Positions 27,455 to 37,237 of a stretch of 64,000 bases of DNA are shown here, piece by piece. Source of the DNA: Candidatus Micrarchaeota archaeon (GTDB lineage Archaea > Micrarchaeota > Micrarchaeia > Anstonellales > Anstonellaceae); contig JAOAJL010000001.1 in the NCBI GenBank assembly GCA_026414185.1, forward strand, positions 82,987 through 146,986, read 5' to 3'. The notes beneath the pieces are model-generated. The model did not search any database. It was not told the DNA's origin and worked only from the letters and a program-made list of their open reading frames with translations. Position numbers and translations under genes: made by a program. Position 1 is the stretch's first letter. The number at the start of each line of letters is the position of its first letter.

Positions 27455-28831
27455 TTACTGCTGTACTGAGCCAGTTCTTACCAGCAGAGGCTCAATCTTT
27501 ATTGCACTTACGACTTCTTTGCCACTATCTCTTGCCTCCGCGCCGTTCTCAGTTGCAACAAGCGAATGGATATCATCTCCCTTCCCATCCATCTGCACCT
27601 TCATCATGAACATACCGGGCAGATAGAACACAGCCAGATTGTGGTTTTTCGCATCCACTGAAGGCACTTCCACCGCGCTGAATATAGTTCCTGACTGGTT
27701 GATGGCAAAGACATATTTGGGGTCGCGCGGATTTTTGGGATTGGCATCATAAGGTGCGCCAAGAAGGTTGTAATAGCGGGCGTAATCGCCGACAATAGGG
27801 ACCTCCACCACTCCGATTCCGTTTCTGGCTATAACAACGTGCGGGATGAAAGTTTCGCCGCCCCTCTGCACCTTTTCAAGAGGCTTTACTATTTCGCTTG
27901 ACTCCCAGTTGCCTGGAATATTGCAAAGCTCCGAAAGCTGCGATGGGCTGAATTTCAGATAAATGTCCCGTCCAGCCATCTCGCGCGTGTCCTCTATTAT
28001 ATTGAGCTTGAGGGAAGCCCCGTTTCTCTGGAAGCCATCCCCCTTAACAGAGGACTCTATGCGCATGCCTTCCTTCCCCACGCCGTCATAGGTAGAAGCC
28101 GTCAAAACAGGTTTCTGGCCGTCAAGCACTTGGAGCCTTCCATTCTCCCCGAAAGAGAAGTTCCAATCTTTCGTGGAGCTTCCCGCCCCAAATGTCGTAG
28201 AAACCAGAAGCGGATTGGTGTGCGGCACGTAATAAAGCCGGTAGGTACCCCCGCCGCTGTGGGTAACCCAATAGCATCCATGTTCGCCAATGCCTGCAAT
28301 CGCAGGCCGCTGAATCCCGTCTTTTTCGCTGTGGAACCTGTCTTCATAATCCCCCCTGTAGACAACAGGCACTTTCATTGCAGAGTAAATGAATGTTTTT
28401 AGCTCTGCATCAGCATAAAGGACAATTACGCCGTCCCTCCCAGTTATAAGGGAGACTATCCCAAGCCCGTCAATTTTCGCTTTTGTGGTCTTTATGTGAA
28501 GCTCCTGCACAGTTGAAATTGTCCGGTAGGTCCGGTCAAAACCAATGATTCCCAGGTCCTTGTAAATATCCTGCAAAGTTATAATCGCCGCCTTTCTACC
28601 ATATTCCATCTTTACCATATTGGATTCTTTCACTACGCCGACTTTCAGGCTGTCTTCCGTTTTGTTCTGCCTGGGCAAATCTTCTTTCATGGGCAGAATG
28701 CGCTCAATCACCGCTCGTTTTTGGAGAGCGCATGTGTTCAAATCCTTACCCTGCTTTGGCTGGGCGGACAGAAGAACCGTTCCAGCCCAAAGAGCAACAG
28801 CCGCGTTCTTAACCTTTCCCATCTCAACCAC
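27455..28831 (-). CDS. hypothetical secreted protein
   Basis: 458 aa with an N-terminal signal-like hydrophobic stretch (AAVALWAGTVLLSA). No recognisable domain, and probably beta-rich. Confidence 0.45.
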   Translation of the reverse strand: MVEMGKVKNAAVALWAGTVLLSAQPKQGKDLNTCALQKRAVIERILPMKEDLPRQNKTEDSLKVGVVKESNMVKMEYGRKAAIITLQDIYKDLGIIGFDRTYRTISTVQELHIKTTKAKIDGLGIVSLITGRDGVIVLYADAELKTFIYSAMKVPVVYRGDYEDRFHSEKDGIQRPAIAGIGEHGCYWVTHSGGGTYRLYYVPHTNPLLVSTTFGAGSSTKDWNFSFGENGRLQVLDGQKPVLTASTYDGVGKEGMRIESSVKGDGFQRNGASLKLNIIEDTREMAGRDIYLKFSPSQLSELCNIPGNWESSEIVKPLEKVQRGGETFIPHVVIARNGIGVVEVPIVGDYARYYNLLGAPYDANPKNPRDPKYVFAINQSGTIFSAVEVPSVDAKNHNLAVFYLPGMFMMKVQMDGKGDDIHSLVATENGAEARDSGKEVVSAIKIEPLLVRTGSVQQ

Positions 28832-28837
28832 CCAACT

Positions 28838-29638
28838 TTATTTTATAGTTTCAAGCGTCTCAAGCCCCTCAGTTCTCTTTCTTTCCTCCTCAAGCTTCCG
28901 CTCCAAGTCAGCTATCTTCTTAAGGCGCGCCTCTGCAGTCTTTTCAAGCTCGTCAAGAGTCTCCAAATCCACTTCTTCCTCAAGCCCAAGCTCGCGTGTT
29001 TTTTTGCGCACAAAAGCAACAGAATCCTTTATTCTTGTTGCTTCCTCCTTGCTTGCGTACTTGAGATCCTCAGGCTCTATTTCGGAGAGTTTTTGGTAGG
29101 CGGCAACGACGCTGTTTTTTTCTTTCTGAAGCTTATCCTTGGCTTCCTTCTCAAGCAAAAGCTGCCTTTCCTTTTCAGCCTTCTGCTTTTGCAGGCGCTC
29201 CTCCTGCGCCCTTTTTTCCGCCTCAAGCCTTTGTCTTTCCTCCTCTGCTTTCTTCTTTTCCGCCTCCTCCCTTACCTTCTTTTCCGCCTCACGCTCGCCT
29301 TGCTCAGCCTCCTTCTTCTTGACAACGGGGGGAATGCTTTGCAGAGTGTCCTTTTGGGGCGGCACCTCGCCGCTTCTTTTAACAGAGTCGGAAATGCCGC
29401 TTTTTTTCTGCGAATCCTCAATATTCTCCTTTGCCCTGCCAAGCAGCGAGTCTATAATCCGCAAGCGCTGTTCAAAAGTCGTGTCTTTGAGCGCAGCCCT
29501 GCCAAATTCTCGGGAAAATGCAAAATGCCTCTCAGCCTGTAATTCCGCGCCGCTGCCTGGCGCCTTTAGCCCAAAATAGGCAACGGTGCCTGCAAGAATC
29601 AACCCTGCGATTTTCTTTTTCACCTGCCCACCCTTCAT
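28838..29638 (-). CDS. hypothetical membrane-anchored coiled-coil protein (E/K-rich)
   Basis: N-terminal TM (IAGLILAGTVAYFGL) followed by about 200 aa of charged heptad-like sequence (EEERQRLEAEKRAQEERLQKQKAEKE...). Confidence 0.4.
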   Translation of the reverse strand: MKGGQVKKKIAGLILAGTVAYFGLKAPGSGAELQAERHFAFSREFGRAALKDTTFEQRLRIIDSLLGRAKENIEDSQKKSGISDSVKRSGEVPPQKDTLQSIPPVVKKKEAEQGEREAEKKVREEAEKKKAEEERQRLEAEKRAQEERLQKQKAEKERQLLLEKEAKDKLQKEKNSVVAAYQKLSEIEPEDLKYASKEEATRIKDSVAFVRKKTRELGLEEEVDLETLDELEKTAEARLKKIADLERKLEEERKRTEGLETLETIK

Positions 29639-29655
29639 TTTTACTTCCTAAAAGG

Positions 29656-29664
29656 TATATAAAA
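29656..29664 (-). promoter_or_regulatory. putative TATA box (tatataaaa) 18-26 nt upstream of the 29638 start, leaderless
   Basis: AT-rich divergent intergenic region 29639-29834. Confidence 0.3.
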
Positions 29665-29791
29665 CTATTGGTTATAAGTGGAAAAACAAAGTAGCAGTTT
29701 GTCACTTATTACAATTTGCCAATCCGATGTCTGCCAAAAAAAAACAACTCGTAAAACTCTTGCCGTAGCTGCAAACAGTCAAAAGCTCATC

Positions 29792-29799
29792 TTTATAAA
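29792..29799 (+). promoter_or_regulatory. putative TATA box (tttataaa) upstream of the giant-protein gene
   Basis: Lies 36-43 nt upstream of the GTG at 29835; GAGGCGGTGG SD-like sequence in between. Confidence 0.3.
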
Positions 29800-29834
29800 C
29801 AAAAGATAGCACAATAAACAGAGGCGGTGGTTCG

Positions 29835-32800
29835 GTGTTCCTCTTTCAGGTAAAACTTACTGATTTTTCAGATAAGCTGCTTCCCCAATTTGAGCAACTT
29901 TTCAAAGACATGTTCAAGGGCGGCAAGAAGCCCACAGCAGATGAAATTCGCGAATTTTTCAAGAGGGTGGGCGAGCTTTACAAGCAGATGATCAAAGAAG
30001 ATGAGGAATCCCGCAAGTCCAGTGGCGCGCACCACAAGGATTTCTACGCAGTTTCAGCTTTTTGCTACAATGCCTATTCTTGGCTGAAAGACAACGCACC
30101 ACACATGGATTTTCTAAGCGAATCCGATCGGTCGGAAATCGCCTATCAATCAGGAAAGATGATGGAAGACATCAAGCCGACGGCACCTCAAAAAATCAAG
30201 GAGCTTGGCTTTGATTCCGCGGCATTTGAAGAAAAAAGCAAAAAATTCCAGTTTTTCCATGAGGAGGGATATTCCCTCGCACCAAAAACGGAGCAAGTAG
30301 TGCCTGTCACCGGATATTCATACAAAGACTTGGAGGAGCAATTCCTTCAAATCCATATGAACCTAAAACACTATGATCAGGCCACCTTGCGCTCATTTTA
30401 CGAACGCGTCTTGGGGCTTTATTCTTCCATCAACAGACAGTCCCTCTCGGATGTGGAAAATGCAAAGCAGATTGCATTCTGCATAAATGCGCTTGAGTGG
30501 CTGGCGGAGGCATTTGGAACTGCCGGCTTGAAAGGACTGGCGGCAGAAGCGACAAACAAATCCAACGAGCTTAAAAATCTCTCATCCAGCGTGCTTGAAA
30601 AGGAAAAAAGGCACTACGCCCACTACTTTGCCGCCGTCTCACATCTTGTCGTGCAGCTGCAGAGCGGCAAGCAGGCGTTTCTATTCAACCAAAGAGGGGT
30701 GGAGCTTCTTGTCAAAATGCTTGACGATGCTTCCGAGAAAAACAGGACTACGGTTGCAATAGCCTTTCCATCGACGGAGCTTGCCGATATATTCCGAACC
30801 CAAGTGCTCCCCCACCTTCCCTTCGCGAAGATAAGTGATGTAAAAGTGAAAAACGGCGACGAATACACCAGCTTCAACCTGGCCGGCAAGACAGTCGTGT
30901 CTTTCAGTTGCGACTACGACCCTGCGAACCAGCCAAAGCCGTATGTGCAAGTGCCAGCTGAAAAGGAAGAAATCTCACAGGAGGAAGAAATAGACATAAA
31001 AAAGACCAAAAAAGAGCAAACCGAACGGCTCCCCCCCGGCATAACGGAAGAAGAAAAAAAGAACCTCTTGCAAAACGTTCAGCAAACGCCTGTTCTGGAA
31101 AGCAGCCGCAGAGGAGAGTCTAACATAGAGGAAGTTGCAGGTCTTTACTATGCCCTTCGTTACCAAGGGCGAAACCCAGAAAGCAAGGAAGTGGTGCGTT
31201 CAACAGTCATCAAGGTCCTGGAGCTTCTTGCCGCCCACTACGGCTATCAGGCAGGCAAGGACTACCAGCACATAGAAGACTTCGTCAAGACTGAGGATGG
31301 CAAAAATTTCCTGCGGAACGTCCGGGACAAGATAACAAGAATAATCGGCTCTGCGAGCGTGGAAGTCTTCTATACCGGAAACAACTACAAAGCATATCGC
31401 AACGCCCTTGTGAGCAATTGGAACGACGCAGCTGGGCAGCGCGCAGAGATGGCGCTTGACGCCTTTAACGAACTTCTGATTTCAGCCGGGCTTGAGGCGG
31501 TCCACGCAGAAACAACCATGCGGCTGCACGTCTACCAGGACATAGACGAGAATCTCAAAAACAGGCTTCTCAACGACAGCTACGTTCCAGAGGACATGAA
31601 AAACTGGCTGAGAAACACCTACAAATACGGCGACGGGCAGAAAAACCTCACGGACCTCATGAACTACCTGAAAGAGCACGACAAGAGCGGAACTACATAC
31701 CAAAAGCTCCTTTCCTGCTGCAGCGTTTCAACCGATGAGAACGGCAATGAGGTCTACACCCTCACCAATCCCGCACAGATGAACGTCTACTTTTCCAGAA
31801 TGCCAAGTGACACTACGCTGCGCGGCAAGGGCAACAAAAATGGGCTGAGAAACGAATCCGACCCCGACAATATGCTTGTGAATGCGATCGAAGAGGGCTT
31901 CACTACACAGGGCTCATCACGCTCAGTCGCCTTCAACGTTTCTTTCAGCGGCGAGCTTGGGATAAGACAGGAGAATATCACAAGCAAAACATACAAGCCA
32001 GGAGAAACAATCTCCGTGAAAATAGAAGCGCCATACAAGATTGAAGGGGAGAACGTTGATTTCATGCGCGGAATGAACGAGAATGGCGTTTCTGATTACG
32101 GGAAGGTAGTCGTTGAAATATATGATGAGACAGGCAAGAAGCTTGACTGCCCGGTTAAGATTGTCAAGAAGCAGGACGGCTATTATGCCGAATTTACTCC
32201 GCGGCAGGAAGACTTGAAGGTAGAAACAAGCGAAAAAAAGCTTGAGCCGAAGAAGACAAAGAGCAAAGACGGAGAAACCCAAGTGACGAAAGAGACAGAA
32301 TACACCAAGAAAACCCACGGCAATTTCTCAATAGTTGCATATGCCATATCTGAAGACGGCAAGCTTAACTCCGGCATGACGGGTCAGACGCTAAAGGTTG
32401 AGCACACCGAAAAAATTTCCAAGAAGGAATATGAAAAAATCAAAGAAGAGAAAAAGCGTTCCGTAGAGGAGCCATACCCAGTCACATACCCGATAAATAC
32501 GAAGTTCCAGTTTTTCACCACCGGCTTTGATTTCAGCTCAAACACTTCCATCCTCTACGGCCAAAAATATCTTAGTGAATTCAGAAATGCAATTATTGAA
32601 GCAAATAATCTTTTTCAAAAAGGGAAGATTGATGAGGGGCTGCAGATACTCAAAAGCCGCCTCTACAACGAGGCAAATCCAAACGACCCTAACACCCTTT
32701 TCGGCAAGCTGAAAGCCCTTATCGAAAACCCCCCCACGCCAGGAGAGCAAAAATTGGCTCAAAACTGGCTGCTCGCATTTGGAAAAGACATGAACAAGAT

Positions 32801-33695
32801 GGAAGAGTTTTTCAAGAATCTTGTGGCAGGCAACTTTGCTTCAGCCTACCGGCTCATGGCGGACGGAACAGAATTGAAAAGGAATACGAACCTCGTGACA
32901 ACCGAGCTTTCGCTGACTGGCTTTGATGCCATCCTCGGTTTTCTCCAGTATTCTGTAAACACTTATCAGGCAAAGCTGAACATCAACATCTCAAAGGAAA
33001 AGATACTTGGCATGCGAGGCATGATAAATCTTTACGTCACCTACGAGCACTCAACAGGAACATTCACCTTCAGAGACTTCCCACTTTCCGAACATGAAAG
33101 ACAAGCAGGCAACATAACGGTGATGGCAGTGGTGTTTCCAGCGGAGCAGCTTGCGGCATTCGTAACAGGAGGCATCTCCGCAGGGCGCTACAAGACGGTT
33201 TCGCTTGGGAAAACCGATATTGCCTGGATGCATGGATTCAACACCAGTATAGGCATCCAATATGATTTCCTATCAGGCTTGCTCAAAGGGCTGCGGACGA
33301 AAATCGAAACTCTATACGAGCACTACTTTATCAAGAACGAGAAAGGAGAGTGGGTAGACACCTGGGCCCTCACCCCTTCTATGCGAATCACCGCCCAGGA
33401 CTATCTTGGCGGGTGGTTCAAGCCCTATTGGGAAGGAAGCTTCAAAGTGACTGAGAAGAACTGGAAGGAGCGCTTTTATGTCGGAACAGGAGAGATCGGA
33501 GCAATGCTGCGCCCATTCTACAATACTGACCTTGCGGTCTTGAAACACATCAACATAGATCTGGCAGGTAGCATCACAACAGTAAGGAACCAGCCTCCGC
33601 ACTATGGCCTTAGAGCGTCCTTGATTATCCCGATCCTTTCAGGCGAGGATGAAATAAATGCCCGGCAATCTTATATGACGAAGACGAAGGGCTAA
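29835..33695 (+). CDS. giant hypothetical protein (1286 aa), no signal peptide, no recognisable domain
   Basis: Uninterrupted 3.86-kb ORF with lower GC (about 47%) than flanking housekeeping genes. N-terminal two-thirds helical; the C-terminal third is rich in Gly/aromatic alternation, suggesting a beta-rich fold. Confidence 0.5.
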   Translation: MFLFQVKLTDFSDKLLPQFEQLFKDMFKGGKKPTADEIREFFKRVGELYKQMIKEDEESRKSSGAHHKDFYAVSAFCYNAYSWLKDNAPHMDFLSESDRSEIAYQSGKMMEDIKPTAPQKIKELGFDSAAFEEKSKKFQFFHEEGYSLAPKTEQVVPVTGYSYKDLEEQFLQIHMNLKHYDQATLRSFYERVLGLYSSINRQSLSDVENAKQIAFCINALEWLAEAFGTAGLKGLAAEATNKSNELKNLSSSVLEKEKRHYAHYFAAVSHLVVQLQSGKQAFLFNQRGVELLVKMLDDASEKNRTTVAIAFPSTELADIFRTQVLPHLPFAKISDVKVKNGDEYTSFNLAGKTVVSFSCDYDPANQPKPYVQVPAEKEEISQEEEIDIKKTKKEQTERLPPGITEEEKKNLLQNVQQTPVLESSRRGESNIEEVAGLYYALRYQGRNPESKEVVRSTVIKVLELLAAHYGYQAGKDYQHIEDFVKTEDGKNFLRNVRDKITRIIGSASVEVFYTGNNYKAYRNALVSNWNDAAGQRAEMALDAFNELLISAGLEAVHAETTMRLHVYQDIDENLKNRLLNDSYVPEDMKNWLRNTYKYGDGQKNLTDLMNYLKEHDKSGTTYQKLLSCCSVSTDENGNEVYTLTNPAQMNVYFSRMPSDTTLRGKGNKNGLRNESDPDNMLVNAIEEGFTTQGSSRSVAFNVSFSGELGIRQENITSKTYKPGETISVKIEAPYKIEGENVDFMRGMNENGVSDYGKVVVEIYDETGKKLDCPVKIVKKQDGYYAEFTPRQEDLKVETSEKKLEPKKTKSKDGETQVTKETEYTKKTHGNFSIVAYAISEDGKLNSGMTGQTLKVEHTEKISKKEYEKIKEEKKRSVEEPYPVTYPINTKFQFFTTGFDFSSNTSILYGQKYLSEFRNAIIEANNLFQKGKIDEGLQILKSRLYNEANPNDPNTLFGKLKALIENPPTPGEQKLAQNWLLAFGKDMNKMEEFFKNLVAGNFASAYRLMADGTELKRNTNLVTTELSLTGFDAILGFLQYSVNTYQAKLNINISKEKILGMRGMINLYVTYEHSTGTFTFRDFPLSEHERQAGNITVMAVVFPAEQLAAFVTGGISAGRYKTVSLGKTDIAWMHGFNTSIGIQYDFLSGLLKGLRTKIETLYEHYFIKNEKGEWVDTWALTPSMRITAQDYLGGWFKPYWEGSFKVTEKNWKERFYVGTGEIGAMLRPFYNTDLAVLKHINIDLAGSITTVRNQPPHYGLRASLIIPILSGEDEINARQSYMTKTKG

Positions 33696-33706
33696 GAGGG
33701 AGTTGG

Positions 33707-36499
33707 ATGAATCGGAAGATTGCGGCACTGGCTACTTTGTGCATTCTATTCGGGCTTCTCTTTTCAGCGCCAGTCCCATTTACATTCCGGCTTGGAACTA
33801 GCCCAAATTTGAATTACACATATATAAAAAGTGAGATGGAAGCAACCCCCGCAATCTCAGCTCCTCAAGTAATATGCGCAGGAACGCCCATCCAGCTGAC
33901 ATTGAATGTAAATTCCGGCTGGAGGTATTCCACGTTTGAGGGTGGAACTGCAAGCGGCGCAATTAACCAAGGCGAGCTTATCTCAAATTACAATCAGGCA
34001 AGCGGGGTTTATCCTATAAAATGGTCAACAAAAACAGTGCAGTCCGGACTTCGCTCTTATCAGCAATATTTCGAGTGGCATCCGACCAACACTTGGGAAG
34101 GAATGCTTAATTCTTGGGGATTAGGTGATTATCCGCAAAGCACGGAGAAGGAAGTGGGCATAAGATACCAGCTGCCAAACAACCAGCCCGGCTATTTTAA
34201 TGGAAAATACCGGGCGTATGTTGGAATGATTTGCGCAGGCACGGCATCCATTGTTGTTGATGGAAACAGCATCAGCTCGGAGGAGTACTTGGGCAGCTCA
34301 ATAACAAAAACACACACATTCAGTGCAGGTCAGCACAGCCTCGGGGCGACTCTGTATATAGACGACTGCGCAGTTCCGATCCGCAACATACTAAGCAACC
34401 CTGAAAGGATATTTAACGTATGGACGACGATAGACTACAACTTCCACCCAACTTTTACAGCAACAAACCAAAACATCTTCGTATTAGAAAATTTCCTGTG
34501 CGGGGAGTTGCCGATTTCAAACCAGTGGGTAAGCAACCCCAACCCGGCTCCAAGCGCGCAGGTTTCCTTCCGCTTTGACCTGTCCAATCCTTTTGCCCGA
34601 GACATAAGAATAAACTCAATATCTCTCTCACCGCAGTCTTCGCCAGGCTTCACCAACTTCAATGCAGGACCGGCAAACACAGTAATCCCACCTGGGCAGT
34701 CAAGGCAATTTACGGGAAGTGTCAATGTTCCGCCATCCCCCGGAAGCAAGACGATGTACGTGGATGTTTCATTTGACCCGGTAAATACGCAGTGCGCGCA
34801 GACTGGCTGTGCAAGCAACGCGCGCTTTGTCTTTACCATAAACATTCCCGCCCCCTCCCAAAAGCCAGACTACATCCCCCTCATCTCCACCACAACTGCC
34901 TACGTAGGAGAGCAATTCACCGCGACGATAATAACCCGCAACCAGGGCAACCGCGACTGCGAGAACCAGACGCAGACGAACTACGAGTTCAACGGAGCAA
35001 ACCAGGGCTTCTTCAGCGTCCGACCCCTTGCTGCAGGCGGAGACCAGCAGGCAGACAGCCGCAATTTCACCTGCCCGTCAATACAAGGAAGCTACCCCCT
35101 GGCAGCAACGGCTGACGCCACCTTCAAATGCGATGAGAGCAACGAGAGCAACAACTACCTGCAAGTGCAGGTCAACTGCATTCCGCGCCCCCTTCTCCCA
35201 CCGGTTTCATGCACGCTCTCACCCAATCCAGGGGGAACATTCGTCCTTGGAGCAAGCGGCACATTCACCGCGGCTTGCCGTGACATAAACAACGCCCCCA
35301 CTTACTGCCCGCAGCTTTCATGGACAAGCACAAGAGGCACTATGAGCCCGCAGACCACGCAAAACGGCACCAGCAACCCGCAAAGCGTATTCACAGCCGC
35401 AAGCGTGGGGGCAGGCGAAGTGCGCGCCACTGCCGCCAACTTCTTCTGCGCCTCTCCAATAAGCGTTATTTCCTCATTTGCAAACCTCACTTTAGCTTGC
35501 AGCCTCGTAGGGCACAGCCCGTATTTCTTCCCAGGGGAATCCGCGCAGGTCCGCGCAGACTGCCTTGGAAGCGGAGAGACATGCCCGGCTCTTTCATGGT
35601 CAACAACCATAATCCAGGCAAGCATGAACCCGCAGACCACTCTTCCTGGACCGTCGCCCCGCTTTTCGCTTTTCTCAATTGCGCCCTCCGCGCCAACCCC
35701 GCAGGCAGGAACAATCAGGGTGCAGTGCGCAAACCCGGAAGAATGCAGCGCGACGTGCGATGTGAATGTGAATCTCTATCCGGTTCCAAACAGGCTTGTC
35801 TGCTCGCTTGAAAACCGCACGCAGGTTCCGCCAAACCTCTTTTCCGCAAACGACTGGAGCTGGGTGCGCGGCAGGTGTTACTCCTTTGACTCCGAAACCG
35901 CCTGCCCAAACCTGACGTGGTTCACAAGAGACCAGCCAATCCCCAACAGCTACTTTGAGCCAAACCCGACGCCCCAGCAGGTCGGGCCTCTGACTAACTT
36001 CTCCACCCGCGATGTGCCCCCGCCATTCCCAAGATACGGATTTATTGACGCAAGAAGCGCAAACCCGGCAATCCCTGCCATCGCCTGTGAGGCAGCAATC
36101 AACATCAGCGTCGTCCCAGTGATTGGGCCAAACTACCAAATCGTCCTTCTCAAACCCTCAAAAGTCCTTGCTTTGCAAGGGGAGAGGGTGAAAATAAGCA
36201 TCTGGACCAGGAACGTGGGCAACCTGCGGGCGCAAGGGCAGTCGCTCACGCTGACAAGGGTATTGCCTGAGGATTGCCTGCCCGACAGGTATGTCGTCCC
36301 TCCGCTCATGCCTGGGGAAACCGACACCCACAGCCGCTATGACTACGAATGCCCATGCACAACTGTCGGTCTGCACCGGATAGTCGCAGAGGCAAACGCA
36401 GACAGAGCCATATCTGAGACAGACTATTCCGACAACAACAGAACCGCGGTTTTCTACTGCGGAAGCAACTACACCCTCATCTGCCCTGACTACGTTTAG
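33707..36499 (+). CDS. secreted multi-domain surface protein with CARDB-like domains, adhesin-like
   Basis: Signal peptide MNRKIAALATLCILFGLLFSAPVP. Two or more CARDB-like modules (TIITRNQGNRDCE..., ISIWTRNVGNLRAQGQ...DYSDNNRTAVFYC), many Cys, and repeated NPQTT-containing segments. Begins 11 nt after the giant gene. Confidence 0.55.
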   Translation: MNRKIAALATLCILFGLLFSAPVPFTFRLGTSPNLNYTYIKSEMEATPAISAPQVICAGTPIQLTLNVNSGWRYSTFEGGTASGAINQGELISNYNQASGVYPIKWSTKTVQSGLRSYQQYFEWHPTNTWEGMLNSWGLGDYPQSTEKEVGIRYQLPNNQPGYFNGKYRAYVGMICAGTASIVVDGNSISSEEYLGSSITKTHTFSAGQHSLGATLYIDDCAVPIRNILSNPERIFNVWTTIDYNFHPTFTATNQNIFVLENFLCGELPISNQWVSNPNPAPSAQVSFRFDLSNPFARDIRINSISLSPQSSPGFTNFNAGPANTVIPPGQSRQFTGSVNVPPSPGSKTMYVDVSFDPVNTQCAQTGCASNARFVFTINIPAPSQKPDYIPLISTTTAYVGEQFTATIITRNQGNRDCENQTQTNYEFNGANQGFFSVRPLAAGGDQQADSRNFTCPSIQGSYPLAATADATFKCDESNESNNYLQVQVNCIPRPLLPPVSCTLSPNPGGTFVLGASGTFTAACRDINNAPTYCPQLSWTSTRGTMSPQTTQNGTSNPQSVFTAASVGAGEVRATAANFFCASPISVISSFANLTLACSLVGHSPYFFPGESAQVRADCLGSGETCPALSWSTTIIQASMNPQTTLPGPSPRFSLFSIAPSAPTPQAGTIRVQCANPEECSATCDVNVNLYPVPNRLVCSLENRTQVPPNLFSANDWSWVRGRCYSFDSETACPNLTWFTRDQPIPNSYFEPNPTPQQVGPLTNFSTRDVPPPFPRYGFIDARSANPAIPAIACEAAINISVVPVIGPNYQIVLLKPSKVLALQGERVKISIWTRNVGNLRAQGQSLTLTRVLPEDCLPDRYVVPPLMPGETDTHSRYDYECPCTTVGLHRIVAEANADRAISETDYSDNNRTAVFYCGSNYTLICPDYV

Positions 36500-36577
36500 C
36501 CTGCTTGGGCTTTTTTCCATGCCTGTGCTTTGCTTTACCACAAATATTATTAAAATTCCCAGAGAAAAGCCACCAAT

Positions 36578-37237
36578 ATGGCTAATCTTTTCAACCTGCC
36601 ATTTATGAGGAAAGGCGACGGCTCTTCCCAGTCCGGACAGCCAGGAGGCTCAGGCCAGGCTTCGCCCGAGCCACCAGAACCTGAAGTTTCCGAGCAGGAG
36701 CTGCGCCTGCGGCTTTACAAGCTCATAATTGAGCGCTACCGTGACATGATTGAGGACTGCGAGCGGAAGACGGTGACGGATTTGAAGGGACTGATAGCTC
36801 CCAACAGCGAGCCGATTGCCAAGATAAGGGATTCCATAATCTCGGATTTCCACCCCTATATCTTTGAGCAGCATTTCCCAGAGGCGTCAAAGATGGCTTT
36901 TTCCTATGTCTCTTCCTTCCGCACAATCTCCCCGCCTGTTTCTTTCTGGCTGACATTCTCAGACATGCAGGAGCTTATGGCTGGAGATGAGATAGACAAG
37001 TCAATCCTTCTGTGCTCGCTTCTCCGCTCCCTTGGCTGCGAAAACGCCAAGGTGCTCGTGACGGATTCAAAAAAAGCCTACGTGCTCTTTGAGCACCAGG
37101 GCAGAAGCTTTGTGGCAAATCACTCCCAAAAGGAGCTTTCCTCATATGAAAGCAGCCAGCAGGCGCTCTCCTCCCTCTCAGGCAAAGCCCTTTATGCGTT
37201 TAACGATAAGGAATATGAAGACTTCCAAGAATCTTGA
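36578..37237 (+). CDS. transglutaminase-like / papain-fold putative cysteine peptidase domain protein
   Basis: Candidate Cys-His-Asp arrangement (ILLCSLLRSLG ... AYVLFEHQG ... ) after an N-terminal disordered G/S/P/Q region. This is an inference from motif spacing only. Confidence 0.4.
   Translation: MANLFNLPFMRKGDGSSQSGQPGGSGQASPEPPEPEVSEQELRLRLYKLIIERYRDMIEDCERKTVTDLKGLIAPNSEPIAKIRDSIISDFHPYIFEQHFPEASKMAFSYVSSFRTISPPVSFWLTFSDMQELMAGDEIDKSILLCSLLRSLGCENAKVLVTDSKKAYVLFEHQGRSFVANHSQKELSSYESSQQALSSLSGKALYAFNDKEYEDFQES

Noticed and set aside
35302-36139. Minus-strand ORFs (112-163 aa) inside the CARDB protein gene
   Set aside because: They are antisense to a long, signal-peptide-bearing ORF with recognisable domains. 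The translations are Arg/Pro-rich.
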